41,236 nucleotides of DNA, taken from positions 1 through 41,236 of the IMG/VR virus record IMGVR_UViG_3300010362_000046; one strand, written 5' to 3'. The notes beneath the pieces are model-generated. The model was not told where the DNA came from, searched no databases, and saw only the letters and a program-made list of their open reading frames with translations. Shown piece by piece: positions 9,387 through 19,448 of this stretch. How positions within the stretch are numbered: the stretch's first letter is position 1; the number at the start of each line of letters is the position of its first letter. Source of the stretch: a virus (Duplodnaviria > Caudoviricetes). The position numbers and the translations under genes were made by a program.

Positions 9387-12134
9387 TTGGCCGGAGTCGA
9401 CTACAACCCGCACACGCCGATCACGGTCGGCAACGAGTGGTACGCGTCCCGCGACCGGTCCGTCCCGCTCTCCTCGACTGTCGGCCGGGCCGCGCTCGTC
9501 GACGCGACCACGAGCGAGTCTGCCGACGCGGTCGCGATCCACGCACTCACCCGCCAGGGCCAGACCACCGACCGGCTCCTCGCCCGCTACGGCGTCGACA
9601 TCTACCGGGCCGCGGACATCAATGCCGGGCCGGTCAAGGTCGCCTACTCGCTCCCCGCCGCGGATGTCACGAGCGAAGTCGGGCTGATCACTGGCCCGAC
9701 CGCTGGGCAGCCCCGCTGGCAGATGCTCAACGACGACTTCGGCTCCGCCTACGCCAACGACTACGTGCTCCTCACCTGGAACGCGTCGTCGCCGATACCG
9801 GGCCGGGCGATCCTGCGGCTCCAGATGTCACCGACCTGGTGGGACTGGGAGGCCGGACGACGCGGGCAGCATGTCGTCGTCGACCTCTCCGACAAGCGGA
9901 TCATCGACATTCGCATCGGCATGAACACCGCCGCGCTCAACCCGGCGCAGCCGTGGTTCTACGGCCGCTACGACGTGCAAGGCGCAGCCTCACCGGGCGA
10001 CGGCTACGTGTTCGGCGAGGTCGGCTCCAACAAGGGTCTCGGCGTCCGCAACGACAACGTCATGGCAGCCCGCTACCTGTCGATGTTCGGCCGGGCGCAG
10101 CACCGCAACATGCAGTCACTTCGGCCACCCGACATCGACACGTTCGAGGTCGGCGGTCCCGGCTGGATCGGCGTCCACTTCGGTGGCGTCGCCCACCGCA
10201 ACTACGGCCCGTACCCGGCGTTCCTCGGTCTCTACAGCCTGACCGTCCAGGTGCTCTACACGACCGAGAAGCGGCTCGCGACCGGCTACACGAACGGCAG
10301 CGTGAATGCCGACCCGCAGTTCCCCGGCGAGTGGCTCAACGTCCCGCTCGAAAGCCCCTACAACGGGTCGCCGCTCCAGTGGTTCAAGGAGGCCGGGAAC
10401 CGCTACGTCATCTCCGTCCGGCAGACCTCGACGACCGGCATCCAGAACGACTGGCGGGGCCTCGACGCCGGGAAGACCACCGGCCACCTCCTCGACATGC
10501 TCCCGACCGTCTCCTCACGCGACATCGCGTTCGAGGGCGGCACCGCCTACCCGACCGCGGCGCTCCCGCAGGCGCAGCCGATCACGCCGGTCGGGACCCG
10601 CACCCCGGCGTACCTCATCAAGCTCGGCGCGGATGTCCTCGACGACAGCCAGCCGTACGTCCGGCCGATCTCCGTGTTCGTCTGGGGCAGTCAGAACACG
10701 CCGCTCAACGAGGTCGACGCCCGGCAGGCCCGGACCGCCGACCCGGACGTCATCACCGAGTCCATCGGTCTCGGCCAGGGCTTCTCGACCGGCGTCGGCA
10801 CCGCCGAGTACGGGATCGTCACCGTCGTCGCCCGCAACCACGTCAACATGCGGTATCTGAAGGAGCCGCTCACCGTGACCCTCGTCGACAGTGGCGGCAC
10901 CGCCGTCGGCTCCGGCGTCACGTTCCACCCCGAAGACATGAACGTCACGAAGTTCGGTGACGGCCTCTGGTACGTGATGTCGGCCCGCATGGAGGACGCC
11001 GCTGCGCTCGTTGCGGGCCAGAGTTACACGCTCACCGCGACGTCCGACGCCGATGTCGTCGCCCCGTGGGAACTGCTCCTCCTGACGACCGAGGAGGCCA
11101 CCGCGGCGACCGAGTCGTGGGGCACCGACGTCGACCATGCGACGCTCGTCACGGCCGGGACGCCGCCAGTGTCGACCCCGATCGCCTGGTTCGACGCGGC
11201 CTACAACTTGGGGCAGGTCCCACCGCAAGTCACCGGCGCTGCGTCCGAGCTACGCCTCATCGACGTCTCCCACGGTCTGGGCATCGCCAACGCTGACGTC
11301 TGCGGTCGAGGACAAGGGGCGTACGGCTGTGTCCTGTCCGCCCTCGACTACATCCTGCTCCGCTGGGACCAGACGATCCTCGACCACTTCGACCACTACG
11401 AGATCGAACGGGCCGAACCGATGGTCGAAGGATCGCAGCCGCTCATGTGGACGCCGATCGCGGTGATCGCCGACCCGGCCGTCATCTCGTTCGCCGACGT
11501 CGAGGTGCTCCGCAACCGGCCGACGTTCCACCGCATCCGGCAGGTCCGCACCGACGGCGGCTTCTCCGACTGGACCGTGTTCCCGCAGCAGATCGCGCAC
11601 CTCCCCGAGTTCGCGGTCGTGCTCGCCTCGAACTACCGGCCGGAACTCGCGGTCGCCTACTTCGACATGGCCCCGTTCGAGTGGGAGCCAGTCGACGGGA
11701 CCCGAGCCGAGACCCGGTACCTGTACGGCAACGACCGGGGCATCGTCCTGCGCGAGCACGAGGCGCGCGGCGACACGTTCACCCGGACGCTCCTCATCGC
11801 GTTCCGCGACCCGGCCATCAAGCAGGCACTGATCCCCGGTGGCCGGTCCGTGTTCGATCCGCTCGTGACCGTCGCGCACCTGCGTGACGTTCCCTACATC
11901 GCGTTCGTCGATCACTGGTCGCGGCGCTGGTGCACCGCACCACGCGTCACGCGACTGACCGAAGAAGAACCGGCTTCCGGCTACACGGCCGAGGTCGACT
12001 TCACCGAGGTCGCCGGACCGTCCCTCCTTCGCTTCGGCGAGGGCGGGCAGTCGGGCGGCGGCGGTCCGCAACCGCCAGGCACGCTCACCGGTTGGGATGC
12101 CGACCTGTGGGATGTCGACGACTGGGAGGCATGA
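9387..12134 (+). CDS. Large minor tail protein
   Basis: 915 aa directly after tape measure; FN3-like segment (LRWDQ...HYEIER...RIRQVRTDGGFSDW); WDADLWDVDDW C-terminus. Confidence 0.75.
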   Translation: MAGVDYNPHTPITVGNEWYASRDRSVPLSSTVGRAALVDATTSESADAVAIHALTRQGQTTDRLLARYGVDIYRAADINAGPVKVAYSLPAADVTSEVGLITGPTAGQPRWQMLNDDFGSAYANDYVLLTWNASSPIPGRAILRLQMSPTWWDWEAGRRGQHVVVDLSDKRIIDIRIGMNTAALNPAQPWFYGRYDVQGAASPGDGYVFGEVGSNKGLGVRNDNVMAARYLSMFGRAQHRNMQSLRPPDIDTFEVGGPGWIGVHFGGVAHRNYGPYPAFLGLYSLTVQVLYTTEKRLATGYTNGSVNADPQFPGEWLNVPLESPYNGSPLQWFKEAGNRYVISVRQTSTTGIQNDWRGLDAGKTTGHLLDMLPTVSSRDIAFEGGTAYPTAALPQAQPITPVGTRTPAYLIKLGADVLDDSQPYVRPISVFVWGSQNTPLNEVDARQARTADPDVITESIGLGQGFSTGVGTAEYGIVTVVARNHVNMRYLKEPLTVTLVDSGGTAVGSGVTFHPEDMNVTKFGDGLWYVMSARMEDAAALVAGQSYTLTATSDADVVAPWELLLLTTEEATAATESWGTDVDHATLVTAGTPPVSTPIAWFDAAYNLGQVPPQVTGAASELRLIDVSHGLGIANADVCGRGQGAYGCVLSALDYILLRWDQTILDHFDHYEIERAEPMVEGSQPLMWTPIAVIADPAVISFADVEVLRNRPTFHRIRQVRTDGGFSDWTVFPQQIAHLPEFAVVLASNYRPELAVAYFDMAPFEWEPVDGTRAETRYLYGNDRGIVLREHEARGDTFTRTLLIAFRDPAIKQALIPGGRSVFDPLVTVAHLRDVPYIAFVDHWSRRWCTAPRVTRLTEEEPASGYTAEVDFTEVAGPSLLRFGEGGQSGGGGPQPPGTLTGWDADLWDVDDWEA

Positions 12135-12137
12135 GAG

Positions 12138-12782
12138 ATGACCATGACCGGCTGGCTCGCTGACGTTGCGCCACAGCAACGCATCCGCAGCCCGTGGGGC
12201 AACGCGATCCGGGACCGGACGATCACGCCGTTCCCGACGGCCGCTGATCGCAACGCGGCGATCCCCGTCCCGGCCGCGGGGATGACCGTCTACATCACGA
12301 GCCTGCACCAGTTGCAGACCTGGAACGGCACCGCGTGGGTCGTGACCGGCACCGACCGGCAACCGTGGGGCCTCATCGGTATGAGTCAACTCACCGCGCC
12401 GACCGGTGCGTTCGACACGACGCCAGGCGAGGGTCTCGTCATCGCAGGCTTGCAGGTCGTGCACACGGCGGACGGCACTCGACGGGTGTCGATCTCGGTG
12501 CACATCCCGACGATCTACAACGCGACGGTGAACGGCGCGACCGTCGACACGTTCCTCGAACATGACGCCAACGTGACCAGCCCGCGGTTCCGGCTGAACT
12601 TCGCACGGCAGATCGCCTACAGCGCCGCCGACGCGGTCGCGGTGCACATCCGCCACGTGTGGGTCCCGAACGGTGTCAACCGGTACACGATCATGGCCCG
12701 CACCACCGCAGGCACCGCGCAGTTCTACGCGGCGACGACGGCACCGCTTCAGATGATCGTTGAGGACATCGGCCCGGTATGA
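12138..12782 (+). CDS. Minor tail / fibre-associated protein
   Basis: 214 aa; FPTAADRNAAIPVPAAGMTVY...WNGTAW motif common in actinophage tail proteins. Confidence 0.7.
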   Translation: MTMTGWLADVAPQQRIRSPWGNAIRDRTITPFPTAADRNAAIPVPAAGMTVYITSLHQLQTWNGTAWVVTGTDRQPWGLIGMSQLTAPTGAFDTTPGEGLVIAGLQVVHTADGTRRVSISVHIPTIYNATVNGATVDTFLEHDANVTSPRFRLNFARQIAYSAADAVAVHIRHVWVPNGVNRYTIMARTTAGTAQFYAATTAPLQMIVEDIGPV

Positions 12783-13888
12783 CCGCGGTCGTCTTCCACC
12801 ATCCCGAGTCGCTGTCGACCGAGGAACTCCTTGACCCGCGACCCGAGATCGGGCAACGGTTCGACCGCTTCGAGTTCGAGCTACTCGACTCGCAGTTGCG
12901 CCGGATCGGGGTCATCTTCCCGAGCACCGAGAGCGCACCGACGATCTCGGCGTCGACGGACCGGACCCAGATGCGGGACCTGTCGAACCTGGAGTTCACC
13001 AAGTCGGACTACGAGCACGTCGATCCGTTCCGCGACCGGCTCCGGCCCGTGTGCGTCCTCCAGAACGAGACCCGCTGGCCGCTCGGCGTCTACCTGTTCG
13101 GCGAGCAGAACCGGCAGGTCTCGACCCGCGACGTGACGTTCCAACTGAAGATGACCGACCAGGCGTTCATGCTCGACCAGAACCTCGCGCAGACGTTCTC
13201 GATCGGGAAGGGCGCGTCGATCGACAGTGCGTTCGTCGCCCTCGCGCACGCGTCCGGTGTCGCGCAGGTCCAGGTCGCTGGGCATCCGGCGTACGCGGCG
13301 GCACCGAAGGCGTACGCGGCGGGCACCTCGATCTACGACGCGCTGAAGGACATGGCGACCCTGATGGGTTGCCTCGCCCCGTACTTCGACAACAACGGCG
13401 TGTTCTGGGCGCGGGTCGCGCCCGACCCCGACGGGACCGGTAGCCCGCAGTTCACGTTCGGGCCGGGCCGGATCGTCGCGGACTCGATCGTCGAGACCGA
13501 CGACAGCTACAACGCCCCGAACCGGTACATCGTCACCGGCGACGGCACCGACAACCCCGTCTCCGGCTTCTTCGACGTCCCGACGTCCGCGCCGCACTCG
13601 ATCCCGCACCGTGGGTTTGTTGTCGCCGACACGCAGTCCGTCACTGGGATCACGACGGTTACGCAGGCCGCGAACGCTGCCCGCGTGAACTACACGCAGG
13701 ACACCCGCTCGTGGGAGAAGGTCGCGTTCGAGACGCTCCTCGATCCGCGCATGGACCTGTTCGCGCTGATCGAGTTCAACGGCTCGACCGGCCGGGGCCT
13801 CTACCTGGAGACCGGGTTCAACCAGACGCTGCGCTTCGACGGCCAGCACACGCACGAAGCGAACCGGCTGTGGGACCGGTTCGGATGA
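12779..13888 (+). CDS. Minor tail protein (baseplate hub-like)
   Basis: 369 aa; ATGA overlaps at both ends; PLGVYL, YFDNNGVF and YNAPNRYIV motifs. Confidence 0.7.
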   Translation: MTAVVFHHPESLSTEELLDPRPEIGQRFDRFEFELLDSQLRRIGVIFPSTESAPTISASTDRTQMRDLSNLEFTKSDYEHVDPFRDRLRPVCVLQNETRWPLGVYLFGEQNRQVSTRDVTFQLKMTDQAFMLDQNLAQTFSIGKGASIDSAFVALAHASGVAQVQVAGHPAYAAAPKAYAAGTSIYDALKDMATLMGCLAPYFDNNGVFWARVAPDPDGTGSPQFTFGPGRIVADSIVETDDSYNAPNRYIVTGDGTDNPVSGFFDVPTSAPHSIPHRGFVVADTQSVTGITTVTQAANAARVNYTQDTRSWEKVAFETLLDPRMDLFALIEFNGSTGRGLYLETGFNQTLRFDGQHTHEANRLWDRFG

Positions 13889-14622
13889 CGCACACCGACC
13901 CGACGCTGCTCCCGGAGATGATCTCGCTCGGCGTCGCCGAGGCGCTCCGCAACCGGCCTCGCGACACGCTGATCCGGACCGGGACGGTCGTGTCGCTCGA
14001 TCCCGACAACCTGACCGTGAAGGTCGCGGTCGATGGCGACCCGCCCGAGGCTGCCGACGTCGAGATGCTCACGCTCATGCCGTTCCCCGAGGAGCTACCG
14101 CCGGTCGGGGTGCGGGTCTTCGTCATGTTCGCTCCCGGCGGGCTGGCATTCTGCCTCGGCCAGTTCGGCGGCATCCCCGATCCGGGCATGGTCCCGGTGT
14201 ACGGCGCGGGCGCGATCCTCGCGGCAGCGACGACCACCGGTGACTCGACGAACACGTCGAACACGCCGGTCGGCATCCCCGGCGGCAACGTGACGTTCGT
14301 CCTCTCGTCGGCGCGGAACATCCGGGTCGACATCAAGGTCGCCGCCCACCAGTCGGGCCTCAACCGGCTCGGTGCGCTCGGCCAGATCGACGGCGTGAAC
14401 GTCGCGCCGATCATGGTCGACACCGACCGGGTCAACGTGAACTACTGGCTGTCGGGCTGGGGCTGGACGACCCTCGAAGCCGGGCAGCACACGGCCAGCC
14501 TCATGAACTTCAACCCGGACAACGCGGGTGTCGGCACGATCCTCACGGGCGCGCAGATCATGGTCACCGATCTCGGACCGACCCCGACGTCGGGTGGGGG
14601 AACGCCACCAATCGTTCCGTAG
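13885..14622 (+). CDS. Minor tail protein (spike-like N-terminus)
   Basis: ATG overlapping previous stop; RTGTVVSLD...PPVGVRVFV...LGQF N-domain followed by a beta-rich domain. Confidence 0.65.
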   Translation: MTHTDPTLLPEMISLGVAEALRNRPRDTLIRTGTVVSLDPDNLTVKVAVDGDPPEAADVEMLTLMPFPEELPPVGVRVFVMFAPGGLAFCLGQFGGIPDPGMVPVYGAGAILAAATTTGDSTNTSNTPVGIPGGNVTFVLSSARNIRVDIKVAAHQSGLNRLGALGQIDGVNVAPIMVDTDRVNVNYWLSGWGWTTLEAGQHTASLMNFNPDNAGVGTILTGAQIMVTDLGPTPTSGGGTPPIVP

Positions 14623-14635
14623 ATGAGAGACTGAC

Positions 14636-14983
14636 GTGGTGACGACCGTCGTCGCGAAGAACATGCGCTACCCGCGGGAACGTCCGCTCCTCATCGGTGA
14701 CCCCGACGGGATCGTCCGGCTCGCTCGCGCGCGAGCGCACCTGTCCGGCGTTCCGGTCGGCTCGGCACTGTGGGTGACCGGCACCGGCGTCGACGCCGCG
14801 AGCGACACGATCGAGGTGCTCACGACGCCGGAAGAACCCAAGAACACGGAGAGCACCGAAGGCGAAGTGGACCTCGATGCGCTCGACCTCCCGGCGCTCC
14901 GCGCGCTGGCCGAGGTGCGGGGCGTGGTCCTGCCGAAGACCGCGAACAGCCAGCAGATCCGCAAGATCCTCCGAGGAGGCTGA
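14636..14983 (+). CDS. Hypothetical protein with HeH/Rho-N-like C-terminus
   Basis: 115 aa; LDALDLPALRALAEVRGV...SQQIRKIL. Confidence 0.55.
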   Translation: MVTTVVAKNMRYPRERPLLIGDPDGIVRLARARAHLSGVPVGSALWVTGTGVDAASDTIEVLTTPEEPKNTESTEGEVDLDALDLPALRALAEVRGVVLPKTANSQQIRKILRGG

Positions 14984-14985
14984 CC

Positions 14986-15186
14986 ATGCCGTGCTCGGGC
15001 TGCGGCAAGCGCCGCCAGTACCAGCCCGTCGTCGGGAACACGTCGGCGACGACCGCACCGCGGGCCGGGACCCGCTACAAGGTGACGTTCCCGGACGGCT
15101 CCCAGGAGTTCTACGGGAGTCCGATCCCGGCACGGCGTCGGGCCGCGACGGGTGGCGGGACCGTCGAAGAAGTGGTCCCGACGTAG
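14986..15186 (+). CDS. Small CxxC protein
   Basis: GGAGG RBS; MPCSGCG...YKVTFPDG, a type seen next to actinophage virion genes. Confidence 0.6.
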   Translation: MPCSGCGKRRQYQPVVGNTSATTAPRAGTRYKVTFPDGSQEFYGSPIPARRRAATGGGTVEEVVPT

Positions 15187-15188
15187 CT

Positions 15189-15206
15189 GTCTCACCCGTG
15201 TGAGAC
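15189..15206 (+). terminator. Hairpin at the end of the structural operon
   Basis: GTCTCAC-ccgt-GTGAGAC perfect 7-bp stem right after the last virion ORF; no U-tract. Confidence 0.35.
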
Positions 15207-15246
15207 CCTCGTGTAGCGAAGTAGATCGTTCGACACACGAGGTACG

Positions 15247-15759
15247 ATGGAACAGATGCTCAACTCCGACGTCGCGACCTGGATCGGCGCGGCAGTCGAC
15301 GCGCTCGGACGGCTCGACCACGAGCGCGAACAGGCCAACGACCGTGACGACCTGACCGAACTCGCGCACCTCCTCGGCGCGTTTCAGGAGATCGCCGACA
15401 ACGCCCTCGCGGCGCTCACCTCGACCGAGACCGCGATCGGGAACCTCATGCGCGACCTCGGCGAACGGCGTCTCGTCATCGAAGGCGTCGGGACGATCGA
15501 ACGGTCGGGTCGCAGCTACGACCACTACGACTCCGGCGCGCTGCTCCGGCAGGTGGTCCGCCGGGCGTTCACCGACCCGGACACCGGCGTGATCGGCGAC
15601 GACGCGGCGATGACACGGGTGATGCACGTCCTGTCGCAGTGCCTGCCGATCACCGGGTCGCTCCAGTGGCGGACGACGGGCTGCGCCCGGTTCGGGATCG
15701 ACGCGACCGAGTACCGCGAACGCGCGTGGGGCGCAGATCGAGTGAGGATCATCCGATGA
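15247..15759 (+). CDS. Hypothetical protein
   Basis: 170 aa, GAGG RBS, ATGA-coupled to the ERF gene. Confidence 0.7.
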   Translation: MEQMLNSDVATWIGAAVDALGRLDHEREQANDRDDLTELAHLLGAFQEIADNALAALTSTETAIGNLMRDLGERRLVIEGVGTIERSGRSYDHYDSGALLRQVVRRAFTDPDTGVIGDDAAMTRVMHVLSQCLPITGSLQWRTTGCARFGIDATEYRERAWGADRVRIIR

Positions 15760-16766
15760 CCGATGTCGATGCCCAGCGTCTGTACGCAACGACCGACGCG
15801 TCCGTATGGGCCGAGGAGTTTGCGAAGGTACAGCCCGACGTCGACAAGGGCCTCATGATCGGGTGGTTCGCCAACGCGATCGAGACGGCCCGTCAGGTCC
15901 CGACGCTCGATCCGCCGCCGGTCCATGTCGCGCTCGCGAACGTCGCCCGCCGGGTCACGGCCGTGTCGAAGCGAGGTGTCGCCGACCAGCGGATGGGCGG
16001 CTACAGCTTCCGGAAGTATGACGACATCGTCGACGCGATCCACGAGTGGATGGCTGAAGAAGGCGTCATCCCGCTGTGGAAGCACCTGTCCGAACCGCGC
16101 CACGAACCGTGGTCCGACAAGATGCACCGCTACGTCGCGCACGTCGAGTTCCGGTTCATCGGTCCCGCCGGAGACGAGATCGTCACCGAGGCATGGTGCG
16201 AGGCGCTCGACAACGGCGACAAGGGTCTCGGCAAGGCGATCAGCTACGGCCTGAAGGATCTCCTCTCCCGGATGCTGACCCTGCCGTTCAACGACCCGAC
16301 GATCGACAACGAGCAGCAGGTCACGCCGGAACGGTCGCAGTACGAGGAAGGCTACGAACGGACCTACGACGCGAACACGGTCGACACGGCCGTCGAGGAA
16401 GGCATCTCCGACGAGGAACGGGCTGAGATCCGCAAGCAGATCGAGGCGCTCTCCGACGATCAGCGGGCGGCGCTCTCCGAACGGTGGAAGAAGCTGACCG
16501 AGGCGAAGGCGCTCCGGCCCCTCGACCGGTTCAAGCCGACCGACGTCCCCGTGTTCAACGACCTCCTGAAGAACATCAAGACGCAGGTCCCGCCCTGTGA
16601 CGACGACTCGCCAGCGGAGGGCGCTGTCGACTCCGGGGGGACAGCCGCGGCCGGGGAGACGGAGGGGGAGGCCCCGGCCGCGGCGCCACTTCAGTGCGTC
16701 CATGAGACGTGCCGCGACCCGAAGTTGTGCGCCGAGCAGGGCATGTGCACGGAGGCCCCGATCTAA
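15756..16766 (+). CDS. erf: ERF-family ssDNA-annealing recombinase
   Basis: AVSKRG...GYSFRKYDDIVDAI...FRFIGPAGD...EALDNGDKGLGKAISYGLK matches the ERF core. Confidence 0.8.
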   Translation: MTDVDAQRLYATTDASVWAEEFAKVQPDVDKGLMIGWFANAIETARQVPTLDPPPVHVALANVARRVTAVSKRGVADQRMGGYSFRKYDDIVDAIHEWMAEEGVIPLWKHLSEPRHEPWSDKMHRYVAHVEFRFIGPAGDEIVTEAWCEALDNGDKGLGKAISYGLKDLLSRMLTLPFNDPTIDNEQQVTPERSQYEEGYERTYDANTVDTAVEEGISDEERAEIRKQIEALSDDQRAALSERWKKLTEAKALRPLDRFKPTDVPVFNDLLKNIKTQVPPCDDDSPAEGAVDSGGTAAAGETEGEAPAAAPLQCVHETCRDPKLCAEQGMCTEAPI

Positions 16767-16848
16767 CGGACCTTCTCCTCGTGGCGGCACTCTGCGGGGT
16801 GGGCCTCGTCCTGTTCGTCGCGTTCGTGCTCTGGCTCCGGGACGGCGA

Positions 16849-17127
16849 CTAGCCGCCACCGGCGGCACGGAGGAACAGGCTGAGGAAGAACAGGCCGACG
16901 AGCACGGTCAGGACCGTGAGCGCGATGCAGGCGACGAACGTGACCGCGGCGGCGAGGAGCCAGCCGAGGCGCCGTTCCCTACGCTGGCGGCGACTCCGGC
17001 GGCGGGCTTGCGCCCGCGGCCCCGCCGTGCCCTCCGCCTTCGGGGTGCGCTGCTCCCGGCTCTCCCGGTTCGTCGGCTTTGGAGCCACCTTCGCCGTACT
17101 GGCGGGGTCCGCCGACGTCGTGGACAT
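16849..17127 (-). CDS. Possible small membrane protein
   Basis: Strong hydrophobic stretch LGWLLAAAVTFVACIALTVLTVLVGLFFLSLFL; start uncertain, overlaps neighbour. Confidence 0.35.
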   Translation of the reverse strand: MSTTSADPASTAKVAPKPTNRESREQRTPKAEGTAGPRAQARRRSRRQRRERRLGWLLAAAVTFVACIALTVLTVLVGLFFLSLFLRAAGGG

Positions 17128-17308
17128 GGGTGCGGAGATCCTCGGGGTCGGCGGCGTTGCGCTCCTCGGCGGTGAGCGGCTGACCCGACTTGACCTTCTC
17201 CTCGATCGACTCCGCCGACGGCTTCTCGGCTGGCGCGGGCGCGGCAGGCGGTTGAGCGGGAGGGGTCTCGGCAGGAGGGGTCTCGGCAGGAGGTTCGGTC
17301 GAAGTCAT
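16979..17308 (-). CDS. Pro/Glu-rich hypothetical protein
   Basis: GGGAG RBS, ATG at 17308; PPAET repeats. Confidence 0.55.
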   Translation of the reverse strand: MTSTEPPAETPPAETPPAQPPAAPAPAEKPSAESIEEKVKSGQPLTAEERNAADPEDLRTHVHDVGGPRQYGEGGSKADEPGEPGAAHPEGGGHGGAAGASPPPESPPA

Positions 17309-17419
17309 GGCGTCTCCCAGAGATCGCGAAGCGGGGCGACTGTACCGCCTGAACATCCCCCCACGGCCGGATCTCGCAGCGTACGCTTCGCACGCCGGTC
17401 CAGGGGCTAGGGGCAGCGC

Positions 17420-17698
17420 ATGCACGAAGGCTGCAAGTACGGCGACGCGTCACGTTGGTGCATCGTCCGTGGCGATCTCCCCGTCGTGGCCTGCCGGTGC
17501 GGCTTCACGGTCATCGGCTGGCACGCGTGGCGCAAGCACGACAATGCCGCCGTCCTCCAAGCCGTCGACCCGGACCGCGTCCAACGGCAGTTCTGCGAGG
17601 CGACCGGGATCAGGCCCCGGTTCGTGCCGGAGATCCGCCGCAAGCACGTGTGGCTCAACGGCGGGCTGGAGGGATGCGATGGTGCAGACACAGGGTGA
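17420..17698 (+). CDS. Hypothetical protein
   Basis: 92-aa Cys-containing ORF. Confidence 0.45.
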   Translation: MHEGCKYGDASRWCIVRGDLPVVACRCGFTVIGWHAWRKHDNAAVLQAVDPDRVQRQFCEATGIRPRFVPEIRRKHVWLNGGLEGCDGADTG

Positions 17699-18008
17699 CG
17701 CGACCCGGATGAAGCTCTCGGGCTTCGCCGGGCATGAAGACGTCAACGCCGACCATGACCTCGACGACGAGATCTTCGTCGTGGCCCGCATGAAGATCGG
17801 CAGGCTCGGCCACCAACGCAACGCCGACGGGAAACTGATCCGCACCGAGACCGCGGTCCCGATCGAGGCGTACATCATCGACGCGCAAGCAGCCGGGTCC
17901 GATGTCGCTGATCTCCTCCACCAGGTCCGGGCCGAACGGAAGAAGGCCCTCGACGAGATGCTCGGCCGTCAGTCCCTGTTCGACGACGACGACGGCGACG
18001 ACGGGTGA
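17679..18008 (+). CDS. Hypothetical protein ending QSLF plus acidic tail
   Basis: GGAGGG RBS, typical codon bias, GTGA overlap with the HNH gene. Confidence 0.65.
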   Translation: MVQTQGDATRMKLSGFAGHEDVNADHDLDDEIFVVARMKIGRLGHQRNADGKLIRTETAVPIEAYIIDAQAAGSDVADLLHQVRAERKKALDEMLGRQSLFDDDDGDDG

Positions 18009-18376
18009 CATGGTGCCGGGCGTGCGGCGCGTCCGGCGACGATCCGTGCCGCCACAGTGACGGACGGCCCCGGAAGCAGTGGCATGCGGTCCGGCAACGC
18101 CAGTCGAAGGCCGTCACGTCCCGCCGGAAGTTCTCCCAGCAGGTGAAGGAGGAGGCGCTCGGCTGGTGCGCCGCCGCCGGTCTCGGCATCTGCCGCGATG
18201 TCCGCCATCACGGCCAGCACGCCCACCATGTCGTCCCGCGTGGGCGGGGCGGCTCGAACGACCCGTCGAACGGCCGGTGGTTGTGCTTCGAGGCGCACGA
18301 CTGGGTCCATGCCCATTCGACGCAGGCGGAGGCGCTCGGCCTCCTCGCCCGGTCAGGAAGTCACGACTTCTCGTGA
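18005..18376 (+). CDS. HNH endonuclease
   Basis: HAHHVVPRGRGGSNDPSNGRWLCFEAHDWVH. Confidence 0.85.
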   Translation: MTWCRACGASGDDPCRHSDGRPRKQWHAVRQRQSKAVTSRRKFSQQVKEEALGWCAAAGLGICRDVRHHGQHAHHVVPRGRGGSNDPSNGRWLCFEAHDWVHAHSTQAEALGLLARSGSHDFS

Positions 18377-18603
18377 CTTTCGAGGAGCATCTCGATCCGG
18401 CCGCACGGTGAGTGGTCGGCGTCGACGTGCTTCTCCGCCGCGCCGTACTGGACGAACTTGTCGCCACACGCGCAACACCGCCACCGGCCCGACCCCGGCC
18501 TGGCCTTGGCGCGGCGTGGCGACCGAGGAGGACCGGTGACGGTGGCCTGACCGCGGCGGATGGCTCGCTGGTCCGCAGGGTCGAGATCGGCGAAGCGGAC
18601 CAT
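18361..18603 (-). CDS. Small zinc-finger-like protein
   Basis: WRCCACGDKF...AEKHVDADH, C2H2-like spacing. Confidence 0.5.
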   Translation of the reverse strand: MVRFADLDPADQRAIRRGQATVTGPPRSPRRAKARPGSGRWRCCACGDKFVQYGAAEKHVDADHSPCGRIEMLLESHEKS

Positions 18604-18807
18604 GCCGTCGACGCTACCGCGGTGCCCGGCCGTCTGCGCGCCCGTCAGCGAGCACCGTCTGCCGGAGCCCGGCGAGGATGCTCACCGCCGCATCCAGCGG
18701 TGAGCGGCCGGTTGGGCCGGGTTTGGGGCATGAGGCCGCAGAAATCGTCACAAACCTGTAGTTACCGCCGTGACATTCCACTGTCCGTGGTCCAAGATCG
18801 CGGGCTA

Positions 18808-19149
18808 GTGGTAGCCGCCTCGGTCCATGCTCCGGCTCGCCGCAGCACCGATTGGCGTGAAGACGCCGTCTGCTTCGGGCTGTACGACGAAGTCGACTTC
18901 TTCCCTCGTCGCGGCGACCCTGCGATCGAGGCGCGCCAGACGTGCTGGCAGTGCCCGGTCCGGTGGGAGTGCCTCGCGCATGCGCTCGGCCGGGAACACA
19001 TCGGCGTGTGGGGCGGGACGACCGAACGGCAGCGTCGCCGTCTGCGGAAGTTGCCGGACTGGGATGCGGTCGTCCTGCGGGTCCTGACGGAGGACACGCG
19101 GCTCCGGCAGCGTCTCGACGTCGGGTACGGGCCGTTGCCGCAGATGTAG
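18808..19149 (+). CDS. whiB: WhiB-family transcription factor
   Basis: W-x4-C...FFP...CWQCPVRWECL...GVWGGTTERQR; start uncertain (GTG 18787 or 18808). Confidence 0.9.
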   Translation: MVAASVHAPARRSTDWREDAVCFGLYDEVDFFPRRGDPAIEARQTCWQCPVRWECLAHALGREHIGVWGGTTERQRRRLRKLPDWDAVVLRVLTEDTRLRQRLDVGYGPLPQM

Positions 19150-19347
19150 AGCGCGGACTCCAGGCCCAAACCCCCGCGGGCGGTACGGGCGCGGACACTG
19201 GAGTCCGCTGCTCCACCTTACCCTCGTCCATCGTGTTGTAGTGACGCAAGGGCGACTTCAGCTTGGCGTGGTTGCTGGCATCGCGGCTGGTCGCGGCCTA
19301 TTGCGCGCGCCGTCTTCCGGTAGTGGAATCACACGCGCTCCAACCGC

Positions 19348-19388
19348 GAAACGCCCCGGCGACCGTGCAGGAGACCGGGGCGTTTCTT
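19348..19388 (+). terminator. Intrinsic terminator/attenuator-like hairpin
   Basis: Perfect 12-bp stem GAAACGCCCCGG (19348-59) / CCGGGGCGTTTC (19375-86) followed by TT. Confidence 0.55.
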
Positions 19389-19448
19389 CCCTTGAGAGGT
19401 GGCTCTCATGGTACCCGACCCGCAAGCACCGAACACGGCCAGCATCTC

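Noticed and set aside
4178-13855. Long minus-strand ORFs in the track (e.g. 4581-6209, 6303-8228, 11250-12656)
   Set aside because: Shadow frames of high-GC + strand tail genes with no recognisable motifs
9387-14622. Diversity-generating retroelement acting on tail genes
   Set aside because: No reverse transcriptase and no template/variable repeat pair noticed
17259-17293. 15-nt tandem repeat GGAGGGGTCTCGGCA
   Set aside because: Simply encodes PPAET repeats on the minus strand
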